From sequence record SRR31156797_15741: DNA of 33,168 bases. One strand, given 5' to 3'. Shown here piece after piece: positions 17,470 through 26,115 of this stretch; position 1 is the stretch's first letter; each line of letters begins with the position of its first letter. A program made the position numbers and the translations under genes. The notes below the pieces were generated by a model. It had not been told where the DNA came from, did not search any database, and saw only the letters and a list, made by a program, of their open reading frames with translations.

Positions 17470-18267
17470 CTAATACATGCCATTGCTGTTTTTAATCATC
17501 TCGGGAGGTTGAACAGGTTCCTGGACACCCCAGTGTTCAACAAATTTATCATCCCATACCCTGATAATATCGACGGAAAGGATCTCCTTATCTCCCGTAT
17601 TATCCGGGTAAACATATAAATTATGGGCCAAAACAAGTTCACCTTCCGCAATCATCCGCAATACTTTCCCTTTCGGAGGTTTTGGGAAATCGTAATGGGT
17701 TTGATAGGCATCAAAAAGATTCTTTATGCCCTTGGGGACGTTCGGGCTGTGTTCCACATAGGAATCTTCCGACAGGTAGCGGTTGAATCCCTCTATGTCG
17801 CCATTAAATGCATCGGTAAAGGCCCGCCTGACCAACTCCCTATTTGCATCTTCCTGTTTGCGGGTAACACCGGTCCGTGGCGTCAGGACTTCACCAAACA
17901 TATCATGGCCGCTTATGGTTGGTGCGACCGGCTGCGCTACCGCCCAATGCTCGTAAAACAGGCCGTCTTTCATGCAAAAGATATCGATCACGGCAAATTT
18001 CCTGTCTACAAATCCCTCACGGGGGCTATTGCACTTGAAAAAGATCGCCAAAAGTTCATCATCCGCAACAAGACGATCAACTTCCGTGGGGAATCTTCCT
18101 CCGCACATTTCCATAAAAACGTTAATGCTATCGCGGCCGTCAGGTAAGTAATATAGGTGCTGAATATAGTCTTCGTGCACATACTTGGGAAGCGTCTCCA
18201 ATTTGCCATCTCGGAAATATTCTTCATACCATTGCGAGATCATTTTCTTTTTGTCTTCCCTGGTCAT
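17470..18267 (-). CDS. Tandem SnoaL/NTF2-like domain protein
   Basis: Two internally similar halves: EDYIQH..PDG / DSYVEHSP.VPKG; RLVADDEL / RMIAEGEL; IDIF..KDG.FYEHW / VDII...DDKFVEHW. ATG 18267 follows AGGAGGG. Confidence 0.85.
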   Translation of the reverse strand: MTREDKKKMISQWYEEYFRDGKLETLPKYVHEDYIQHLYYLPDGRDSINVFMEMCGGRFPTEVDRLVADDELLAIFFKCNSPREGFVDRKFAVIDIFCMKDGLFYEHWAVAQPVAPTISGHDMFGEVLTPRTGVTRKQEDANRELVRRAFTDAFNGDIEGFNRYLSEDSYVEHSPNVPKGIKNLFDAYQTHYDFPKPPKGKVLRMIAEGELVLAHNLYVYPDNTGDKEILSVDIIRVWDDKFVEHWGVQEPVQPPEMIKNSNGMY

Positions 18268-18303
18268 TAATCGTTCCCTCCTTGCCTGTTGTGCACTCAA
18301 AAC

Positions 18304-18341
18304 AAAAAAAGCCTCCTTTACCCTGCATGGGCAAAGGAGGC
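18304..18341 (-). terminator. Intrinsic terminator in the leader of the SnoaL-TRAP-ior operon
   Basis: Minus strand GCCTCCTTTGCCC-ATGCA-GGGTAAAGGAGGC-TTTTTTT, a 13-bp stem whose G:U pair fixes the strand. Ends 36 nt before the SnoaL start codon. Confidence 0.85.
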
Positions 18342-18449
18342 TTCATTACCTCCAGGAAGCATCGTTACTTCCCCTATTCCAGATAGAAAAGAGCTTCTCG
18401 ACCTGTTCACAGGCAAAATAGGCCCTAATTTCCAAAATATTCCTTAACA

Positions 18450-18478
18450 TTACTAAATCCAAACCATTTCTATGTCAA
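18450..18478 (-). promoter_or_regulatory. Possible sigma70 promoter upstream of the structured leader
   Basis: Perfect TTGACA (18473-18478) with an AT-rich UP-like tract upstream; weak -10 (TAGTAA at 17-nt spacing). Confidence 0.45.
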
Positions 18479-18573
18479 GTAAAAAAGTAAAAAAATAATT
18501 GTTTTTTTGCTATTCTCTGATTAGCGAACACCCTGACGGAAAATCTACACTTTCCAACCTACCTGTCTTTAAT

Positions 18574-19035
18574 TTATCGTTCTATTTCTTTGGGATCTCC
18601 GAAATAGATGCAATGGGCCAAACAGACATTATCGGCGCATGCCGGCAGGAGCCCTTTGGCCACCCTTTCATGACAAAGGTTGCATTTCAAGGCCATATCC
18701 TCCTTTTCATCAAACACGATGGCGTCATAGGGACAGGCTTCCAGGCAGGATTGACATCCCGTGCATAAACCACTATTCAGCACCACGATGCCATTTTTAT
18801 TTGTGACAATGGCCTCTTCCGGGCAGACATCGACACAGGGCGGCTCTTCGCATTGCCGACACAGGCTCACCCGAAAGACAAAATCCAATGAACCATCAAC
18901 CATTTTTGGGCCGTCTTCCACGACGGAAATCACGTTTAACCCTTCGGGGAAATCATACTCCTGTTTGCAAGCCACTTCACAGGCTCTACATCCCCAGCAG
19001 GATTCATGATCAATAATCAGCGCGTACTTATTCAT
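18574..19035 (-). CDS. 4Fe-4S dicluster electron-transfer subunit (DmsB/NrfC-like)
   Basis: CWGCRACEVAC, CRQCEEPPCVDVCP, CTGCQSCLEACP, KCNLC..PAC..VC. ATG 19035 overlaps the stop of the Mo/W enzyme gene. Confidence 0.9.
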   Translation of the reverse strand: MNKYALIIDHESCWGCRACEVACKQEYDFPEGLNVISVVEDGPKMVDGSLDFVFRVSLCRQCEEPPCVDVCPEEAIVTNKNGIVVLNSGLCTGCQSCLEACPYDAIVFDEKEDMALKCNLCHERVAKGLLPACADNVCLAHCIYFGDPKEIER

Positions 19036-21193
19036 TTGTCGCCTCCCCTTTCTTTTCGGGATAAATGCTGCACAACAAGGTTCGGACGGGAGTTGCGCCA
19101 ATGGCGGGGTCACAGTTTTCGTAGGCATTGTCCGTTAAAACATTGATATTGGATTCCGCCCACCCGTGACCCGGGTCCTTCTTCTCCGGGAACCACCAGG
19201 CATGCTCCGCCGACACGATCCTCGGATCCATGCCGGCGAAGAACTTGGCCCTTTGTCTCACCTTGCCCCGAGGCGATTCAATCGTTACCCAGTCGCCTTC
19301 GGTTATCCCTTCTTTGGCGGCTGTTTCGGGATGGATTTCAACGATGGGATCCTTATGAAGCTCCCTCATCCAGGGGAGTTGCCGGTTCTCCGAATGGAAA
19401 AACCCGGGCTGCCGCCTGCCGGTAATCAATATATACGGAAACTTCTCGTATAATTCGGGCGTGTTTACGGGGCTTTCAGGGGGTTCATGAAATTGGGGCA
19501 GCGGATCGTACCCTAGGCTTTCAAGGCGTGTGGAATACAGTTCAAATTTTCTGGAAGGCGTAGAAAAGCCTTTTATTTCATATTTTTGAGGTATCCGATC
19601 CGCTTGGATGTAGTCCATTTTCTTGAAATCCTGCCAGGTAATGTTCATGGGTTCAAGAACCCAGTCCATGGCCTGTTCAAAATCGTCCCACCAGTGTTCC
19701 CCCTGTCCCACCCGGTGCGCCAAATCATTGAGCATTTCATGGTCGGAACGGCATTCTCCCACCTGAATGGCTTTTCTCCTGGGAACCAGATATCCGTGAC
19801 GTTTCCAGAAATCTCCGATGTAGTCCATCTCGAGCCATGTGGCCGTGGGCAAAACAATGTCCGCCAATTCGGCGGTGGGGGTCAGAAAAAAGTCTGAAAC
19901 TGCCATGAAGTCGACCTGTTGAAGTGCACGATAGACCTCTTTGGCATTGGCCCGTGTCATGAGGGGATTCGAACTGATAAAGAAGAGCATCTTTACGGGA
20001 TAGGGCTTTTCTTCTATGATAGCATCCCATACACACTTGGGGTTGAGGAGCCCGAGGTTGGCGCCAAGGCGAAATCGGTCCCATCCCAGCCGTTTTTCAA
20101 GCTGACCATCCGGGATCATTCTGTTGGCGCTGAAATGGCCCACATTCCTGATCCTCGGCGTCTGAAACAGAACCTGTCCGCCGGTCACATCGATGTTTCC
20201 CGTGATACCCATGAGAGCCATGAGCAAACGGTCATTGTCGGCACAGTTGATCTGCTGCTCGATGGCGACGCCCCACTGAATGCCGGCCGGTTTTGTCGAT
20301 GCGAAAAGCCGCGCTGCCTTGACGATCTTCTCCTTCGGAACCCATGTGATCTCTGCAACCCTTTCAGGCGGGTATTCGTTTACCCGCTTGACAAAAGGTT
20401 CCCAGCCATGGACGTAATTTTCCACGAACCCCTTGTCGTATAGCTTTTCATTAACGATGACATTCAACATTCCCAAGGCCAATGCGGCGTCCGTGCCCGG
20501 TCTGAGTTGAAGCCAGATGTGGGCGCGGGCTGCAATCCTTGTCATCCGGGGGTCAACGGCGATGAGTTTTGCGCCTTTGGACAGGGCCACCGAAAAGGGC
20601 TCCCCTTTGTATTCATCCGGGTTGCTGATAACAATATTGTTTCCCCACACCATGATGCACTTGGGGTCGTTTTCATAATCGACAATGGGATTGGAACCAC
20701 AGGTGATGATGCTGGTGGCGATGCGAGGACCGTAACAGAAATGTCCCGCCGTAAGAACGTTCGGCGTTCCGAGCAAATTGGCAAACCGCCAGATGACCGC
20801 CTCATTCTCCCTCCCCGTGCCGTAGCCCAGCACCACGGACTCGGCCCCAAAGGCCTCCTTGTATGCCAGGGTCTTTTCGGCAATGGTATCCAGGGCATCG
20901 TCCCAGCTTATGCGTTCCCATTTTCCGCTCCCCTTTGGTCCGATTCTTCGAACGGGGTGGGTCAAACGATCCGGGTGATAGGCCAGCTGAATGGACGCAA
21001 ATGCTTTGCTGCAAAGGGTTCCATGATTTATGGGGCAATTCGGATCTCCAGAGATTTTCTCAACCCGACCGTTCTTCTTGTAAACCAACACCCCGCAGCC
21101 GCCATGGCACATCCTGCAATGGCTTTTTATCACGGCATCATAACCATAAACTTCCATTTCCTTTTCGACATTTGAGTACTTGAATTCAGCCAT
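19028..21193 (-). CDS. Acetylene-hydratase-like Mo/W-bisPGD enzyme (Cys-ligated), catalytic subunit
   Basis: CRMCHGGC..LCSK, WERISWDDALD, RFANLLGTPN...AGHFCYG (Cys ligand), LRPGTDAALALG, EKPYPVK, FLTPTAELADIVLP, FFHSE. No Tat signal. Confidence 0.82.
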   Translation of the reverse strand: MAEFKYSNVEKEMEVYGYDAVIKSHCRMCHGGCGVLVYKKNGRVEKISGDPNCPINHGTLCSKAFASIQLAYHPDRLTHPVRRIGPKGSGKWERISWDDALDTIAEKTLAYKEAFGAESVVLGYGTGRENEAVIWRFANLLGTPNVLTAGHFCYGPRIATSIITCGSNPIVDYENDPKCIMVWGNNIVISNPDEYKGEPFSVALSKGAKLIAVDPRMTRIAARAHIWLQLRPGTDAALALGMLNVIVNEKLYDKGFVENYVHGWEPFVKRVNEYPPERVAEITWVPKEKIVKAARLFASTKPAGIQWGVAIEQQINCADNDRLLMALMGITGNIDVTGGQVLFQTPRIRNVGHFSANRMIPDGQLEKRLGWDRFRLGANLGLLNPKCVWDAIIEEKPYPVKMLFFISSNPLMTRANAKEVYRALQQVDFMAVSDFFLTPTAELADIVLPTATWLEMDYIGDFWKRHGYLVPRRKAIQVGECRSDHEMLNDLAHRVGQGEHWWDDFEQAMDWVLEPMNITWQDFKKMDYIQADRIPQKYEIKGFSTPSRKFELYSTRLESLGYDPLPQFHEPPESPVNTPELYEKFPYILITGRRQPGFFHSENRQLPWMRELHKDPIVEIHPETAAKEGITEGDWVTIESPRGKVRQRAKFFAGMDPRIVSAEHAWWFPEKKDPGHGWAESNINVLTDNAYENCDPAIGATPVRTLLCSIYPEKKGEATNE

Positions 21194-21235
21194 TTTTCCA
21201 TCTATCTCCTCAGGCTTTTTCTTTGTAGACAGCCT

Positions 21236-22027
21236 TCACTCACCTCGAAACACGGGTTTCCGCTTTTCCTTGAGAGCCTCTAGCCCCTCCTTAAAATCAC
21301 GGCTATGGAAAATCAGTGTCTGCGCTTCGACAAAACGGCTCATCTCTTCTTCCAGGGCCATGCGCAACATACTGTTCATTCTTGCTTTAACCATGGCCAC
21401 CGGCAACGGCGCCGATTTTGCCAATTGATTCGCCAATTCAAGGCTCCTGTCCATTAATGCCTCGTCGGGTACCACCTCATTCACCAGTCCAAGCGCCTCA
21501 GCCTCATGGGCGGTTATGGTCTTACCCGTCACCAGAAGTTCGCAGGCTCTTTTCTTTCCAACCAGCTCCCACAACAGTGTGACGGAAATAACACCGGGGT
21601 AAGCGCCCACCAGCAATTCCGGCATCCCGAATGTGGCTGATTCGGCAGCGATTGTGAAATCACAAAGAAGGCTGATTTCAAAACCGGTCCCAAGGGCCAT
21701 TCCGTTCACCGCAGCAACGGTTAATTTGTTCATTCCCATGAAAGCCCGGTACATTTTTTGATTATTGATGTGAAGCAATCGTGAATCAGCGGTTTGAAGT
21801 GCCGGCACACTCATGATATCAAACCCCGTGCAAAAGGCGCGATCGCCCGAGCCGGTCAAAACAATCGCCTTTGTTTCCTTTTCGGAATCGGATTCACAAA
21901 TGGCATTTCCAAGATCCGCCAAACCATCGGCGGTCATGGAATTCAATTTCCGGGGTCTCTTGATGGCTAGAACGGCAACCCCTTTATCTCTCTGATAATA
22001 AATGTCCCCAAACTGTCTCTCATGCAT
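21236..22027 (-). CDS. Enoyl-CoA hydratase/isomerase (crotonase) retaining both catalytic Glu
   Basis: RPRKLNS, AFCTGFD, AAVNGMALGTGFE, FGMPE, DFKEG..F.G. ATG 22027 follows GAGGT. Confidence 0.88.
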   Translation of the reverse strand: MHERQFGDIYYQRDKGVAVLAIKRPRKLNSMTADGLADLGNAICESDSEKETKAIVLTGSGDRAFCTGFDIMSVPALQTADSRLLHINNQKMYRAFMGMNKLTVAAVNGMALGTGFEISLLCDFTIAAESATFGMPELLVGAYPGVISVTLLWELVGKKRACELLVTGKTITAHEAEALGLVNEVVPDEALMDRSLELANQLAKSAPLPVAMVKARMNSMLRMALEEEMSRFVEAQTLIFHSRDFKEGLEALKEKRKPVFRGE

Positions 22028-22067
22028 GCCAACCTCTTTCAAACGGATTCACTTGGGCATTTGCCAG

Positions 22068-22098
22068 TGTTTGTCCGGACAAATTGACCGGACAAACA
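22068..22098. other. Intergenic 11-bp inverted repeat between the two crotonase genes
   Basis: TGTTTGTCCGG-9 nt-CCGGACAAACA. Confidence 0.55.
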
Positions 22099-22125
22099 TT
22101 CCATGGTCCCTTATAATGAAAAGGC

Positions 22126-22950
22126 CTATTCTTCCACGAGGCCTTCCAACTGCAGGTCCGCCTTGGTCAGTTTCCCATCCAGGAAACGTTTGGCGCCTTC
22201 AATGGCTTCATGCGTACAAAACCCGTTGGCGAGCGCTTCATGTGAATATTTGAAAGCCTTGCTGCGTTCCATGTCCAGAGCCATGTAAAATACCCTTTTG
22301 CCCAGTTCCTTGATGAACGCGGGGTTGGTCAACGCTTTGCTCCCCACCTTTTCCGCCAGGGCAAAGGCCGTCTCTTCCAGATCCCCATCAGGAACCACCC
22401 TGTTGACCAGCCCGAAACGTTCCGCTTCAGCAGCCACCATAGGCTCTCCAGTCAATAAATGCTGCAGGGTTCTCCGAATGCCGATATATCGCGCTGCCAC
22501 AACGCCAGGGCCGATACTGATGCCGGCAAGATTGGTTCCGGGAAACTGAAAGACGGTGTTCTCGGAGGCTACAACCAGATCACAGACAACGGCCAAAGGC
22601 AGACCTTCGCCGGTGACCAGGCCACGCACGGCTGAAATCACCGGAGTGCCCATGGATTGGATTTCTTCAAAGATGGGGGTCACCAAATGGTTGAACGTTT
22701 CTCGACATGCGGTCACTTCCTTGGCGCCCGTCCCCAGGGCGATATCCGTAAAGTCCTGCCCGGCACAAAAATGTTTGCCCGCACCCTTGATCAGTATGGC
22801 CCCCACTTCAGGATCCTTGGACAGTTCTACAAGGCTTTTGAGCAGGACCTTTTTCAGTACCACATTCAAGCAATTGGCCTTGTTCGGTCGGTTGAGGGTG
22901 ACAACACCCACTGAACCTTTTTTCTCAATGATCAACACATCTTCTTCCAT
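22126..22950 (-). CDS. Crotonase-superfamily protein lacking the canonical catalytic Glu pair
   Basis: LNRPNKAN, FCAGQD, PVISAVRG, GLVNRVVP. GEGLP and FQFPG stand in place of GGGxE and FxxPE. Confidence 0.85.
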   Translation of the reverse strand: MEEDVLIIEKKGSVGVVTLNRPNKANCLNVVLKKVLLKSLVELSKDPEVGAILIKGAGKHFCAGQDFTDIALGTGAKEVTACRETFNHLVTPIFEEIQSMGTPVISAVRGLVTGEGLPLAVVCDLVVASENTVFQFPGTNLAGISIGPGVVAARYIGIRRTLQHLLTGEPMVAAEAERFGLVNRVVPDGDLEETAFALAEKVGSKALTNPAFIKELGKRVFYMALDMERSKAFKYSHEALANGFCTHEAIEGAKRFLDGKLTKADLQLEGLVEE

Positions 22951-23057
22951 AATTATCTCCTTTTAGATTGAATTCCCCGGATATACGAGGATGCTGCGCC
23001 GCCCATTGTCCCGGGCTCGGGCGAAAAAACCTCATAACTAAAACCCGGCGTTTATGA

Positions 23058-24725
23058 TTAATGACGCAACGCTTCCTTGTTGACCTTTCCCACGCGGGTC
23101 AAGGGCAGCGCTTCCACGAACTCTACAATTTTGGGAACTTTGTATGGCGCAAAATGCTCTCTGGCATAGTTCAAAAGGTCCTGCTTTGCCTCTTCGTCCG
23201 GTTTTTCGGAATAGCGTTTCCCTTTCACCACCACCAGCTTCACCAGTTCGCTGCCCGGGCGATCCGGGTTGTCCACGCCCACAATGGCGCACTGGTCGAT
23301 TGCAGGATGTTTGGATATCTTGTGCTCGATTTCATTTGAAAAAACCTTGTATCCCCCCACATTGATCATGTCCTTGATCCGGTCGACCACATAAAAGTAA
23401 CCGTCTTCATCCATACGGCCCACGTCCCCCGTATGAAGCCAGATCTCGCCGTCATGTTCTCGAAGCGCAATACGGGTCTCCTTTGAGTCTTGGTAGTAGC
23501 CCTTCATGATTTGCGGACCGTTTGCGATGATTTCACCCTCCTCGCCCTGCGGGACTTCTTTTTCCCCGGTTTCCAGGTCCACAAGCCTCAAACGGGTTGC
23601 CGGAAGGGGAAGGCCTATGGATCCTACCTTCTTAACACCGTCTCTCGGGTTCGCGGACACCAGTGCAGATGTTTCCGACATCCCATAAACCTCCGCCAGC
23701 TTGTTGGCGCCCATAACCGGTTCCAGTTCTTTGGCTTTTTCCACGGGAACCGGGGCCGATCCGCACATGCAATAGTAAAGGCTCGAAAAATCCAGCTTTT
23801 TGAAATCCGGTTCTTTTAAAAGCATGGTGATCAGCGTCGGAGCGGTACCCATTATGGTGGGTTTCCAACGGTCGATTTCCCGGATGAGATGGTTCAAATC
23901 CCGCGGGTCTGATATGATAATCTGGGTGAAGCCGAATACCAGGCCCTGCAGGGTGTGGAACATACCGGCCACATGAAACATGGGAAAAGGGCAAAGCAAG
24001 ACGTCCTTTCCCCGCTGGGTATTGAGCCACATTCCGTATTGAACCTGCATGCCCACACAGTTATGATGCGTTAACACGGCCCCTTTCGGGAATCCCGTGG
24101 TACCGCCTGTGTACTGTATCGAGCAAATATCTTCGGGCGCCAGTTCCACTTGCGGGGCCCTGGCCGGGTATTGCGATAGGAGATCCCCCAATGGCCTCAC
24201 TTCAATGCCCGGCAAATCCTTCGGCTTTTTTGAGGGATTCTCCTCTCCTGCCAATTCCCCGAGGATCGAGACAATGATGAGTTTAAGGCTTTTGTTCCCG
24301 GAGGCAACTTCGGCCAGGCGATCTTCATAAAGATCATCAAGGGTGATGACAGCCCTGGCTTTCAGATCCGACAACTGGTAGGATATTTCATCTTTCGTGA
24401 GGAGCGGAGAGAGTCCCGAAACGATGACCCCCGATTTTATGGCTCCGTAAAGTGCAATCAGATACTGCGGGCTGTTCACCAAGTGGATCGCCAGCACATC
24501 GCCCTTTTGTATGCCGTATCCGCTTAAGGCGCAGGCGAAACGGTCAGCCTTTTCATTCAGTTCTCTGAATGTCCAGGTCAGGTCATTGTACCGAAAAGCA
24601 GGTCTATCCGGAAATTCCTCAACGGTTTGCCCAATGAGCGCCTCAATGGTCGTTTCAGGTATCGCCATCTCCTTGGGTATCCACGGATCGTATGACTTGA
24701 GCCAAGGTTTGATTTCAGTTTTCAT
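23058..24725 (-). CDS. AMP-forming acyl-CoA ligase (FadD/long-chain or aryl-acid type)
   Basis: YTGGTTGFPKG, PMFHV, YGMSET, LHTGDVGRMDEDGYFYVVDRIKDMI, GKVNK. ATG 24725 preferred over the alternative start at 24782. Confidence 0.9.
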   Translation of the reverse strand: MKTEIKPWLKSYDPWIPKEMAIPETTIEALIGQTVEEFPDRPAFRYNDLTWTFRELNEKADRFACALSGYGIQKGDVLAIHLVNSPQYLIALYGAIKSGVIVSGLSPLLTKDEISYQLSDLKARAVITLDDLYEDRLAEVASGNKSLKLIIVSILGELAGEENPSKKPKDLPGIEVRPLGDLLSQYPARAPQVELAPEDICSIQYTGGTTGFPKGAVLTHHNCVGMQVQYGMWLNTQRGKDVLLCPFPMFHVAGMFHTLQGLVFGFTQIIISDPRDLNHLIREIDRWKPTIMGTAPTLITMLLKEPDFKKLDFSSLYYCMCGSAPVPVEKAKELEPVMGANKLAEVYGMSETSALVSANPRDGVKKVGSIGLPLPATRLRLVDLETGEKEVPQGEEGEIIANGPQIMKGYYQDSKETRIALREHDGEIWLHTGDVGRMDEDGYFYVVDRIKDMINVGGYKVFSNEIEHKISKHPAIDQCAIVGVDNPDRPGSELVKLVVVKGKRYSEKPDEEAKQDLLNYAREHFAPYKVPKIVEFVEALPLTRVGKVNKEALRH

Positions 24726-24782
24726 ATGGGTTCTCTTTGTCAAAAAGGGATTGTCGGTTGCGCGGTTCGTTATACGCCGCAA

Positions 24783-26081
24783 TTATTTAAGTACGCTCGG
24801 GAGCCACAAAGACAGAGCTGGAAACGCCACGATCAACAAAATGCGAACAACGTCAGCCATAAGAAAAGGCCACGTACCCCTGTAAATCACGCCCAGAGGG
24901 AGGCGGGTAACACCGTGCAGGACAAAGACATTCATCCCGATGGGCGGCGTTATCATACCTGTCTCCATGATCACCACATTCACAATGCCCCACCAGATGG
25001 GATCGTATCCCATGTTGATGATCAGCGGGAGAACGAATGGAAGCGTGATGAGCATGGCGGCCACAGTGTCGAATATACTTCCCAGAATCAGGTAGACCAT
25101 GGTCAGGATAAACAAGATCACAAAGTCCGGTACGGCTAGCTGGGAGATGGCCGAGACCAGAGCTTCCGACATCCTGGATATGGCTATGAAATAAGAGAAA
25201 ACATTGGCGCCGATAATGATGATGTAGATCATGCCGGTGGTTTTGGCTGTGTCCCCCAAGGCGTCCCAGAACTTCTTCCACGTCAGTTCTCCTCCGGCCA
25301 GCACAAATGCAAAGGAGAGGACCGCCCCGCAAGCCGCCGCTTCATTTACAGTGAACACCCCGCCATAGATTCCGCCGACCACGGTTAAGCCGATCACTAC
25401 GGGGCGCCAGCATACCCTCACTTTCTGAAGGCGTTCTCCCCACGCCACGCGGGGTCCGGGCGGGCCGGCTTCCGGCCTTAACCGCACAAAAAGATAAACG
25501 GTGATCAGATACATGGCAATCTGAAGCAAAGCCGGAATCCCGCCCGCAGCGAACATGTCGAAGATGAACTGCTCGGCCATGACCGCATAGATAATCATGA
25601 TCACCGAGGGAGGGACAATGGCCGCCAGGGTTCCTCCGGCGGCAATGCAGCCTACGGCAAACGACTCCGAATACCGGTGTTTGCGCATCTCAGGATAGGC
25701 CACCTTCCCGAATGTGGCTGCCGTCGCGGGAGACGACCCGCAGATGGCTCCGAAAAAGCTGCATCCACCGATGGTCGATAAAGCCAAGCCGCCGCGGAAA
25801 CGGCCCACAAAAGCATACGCCAGGTCATAGATCTCTCTTGAAATGCCGCCCGCAGTGGCGAAATTTCCCATGAGCAAGAACAGGGGGACGACCGCAAGAT
25901 CCGCATTACTGATGGTCGCCGAACAATCTGCGCTCAATAAAGCGAACGAAGCATCAAAGCCGGAAATAAAGCCGAACCCGCAAACGCCCACAACGGCCAT
26001 GGCGATACCGATGGGCACGTGCAGGACAATCAACAAGAACATGACGCCAATGCCGACGGAGGCAACTGTAATGGGATCCAT
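24783..26081 (-). CDS. dctM: TRAP transporter large permease (second system)
   Basis: VPLFLLMG, FGAICGSSPAT, GGTLAAIVPPS, FTVNEAA, GMITPPIGMNVFV. Confidence 0.92.
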   Translation of the reverse strand: MDPITVASVGIGVMFLLIVLHVPIGIAMAVVGVCGFGFISGFDASFALLSADCSATISNADLAVVPLFLLMGNFATAGGISREIYDLAYAFVGRFRGGLALSTIGGCSFFGAICGSSPATAATFGKVAYPEMRKHRYSESFAVGCIAAGGTLAAIVPPSVIMIIYAVMAEQFIFDMFAAGGIPALLQIAMYLITVYLFVRLRPEAGPPGPRVAWGERLQKVRVCWRPVVIGLTVVGGIYGGVFTVNEAAACGAVLSFAFVLAGGELTWKKFWDALGDTAKTTGMIYIIIIGANVFSYFIAISRMSEALVSAISQLAVPDFVILFILTMVYLILGSIFDTVAAMLITLPFVLPLIINMGYDPIWWGIVNVVIMETGMITPPIGMNVFVLHGVTRLPLGVIYRGTWPFLMADVVRILLIVAFPALSLWLPSVLK

Positions 26082-26115
26082 CTGGAGACAACCTCTTTAT
26101 TTAGACAGGCAACTT

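Noticed and set aside
18304-18450. Moco/Wco riboswitch or T-box identity for the leader
   Set aside because: I could not find the T-box core (TGGNACCGCG-like) or recognisable Moco-motif elements by eye; left as an unclassified leader pending an Rfam scan.
19028-21193. Calling this a true acetylene hydratase
   Set aside because: The catalytic Asp13 position is His, and an FeS partner subunit is present.
5789-21193. Selenocysteine or pyrrolysine read-through in the redox enzymes
   Set aside because: All ORFs appear full length, with Ser/Cys ligands encoded by sense codons; no in-frame stop splits a domain.
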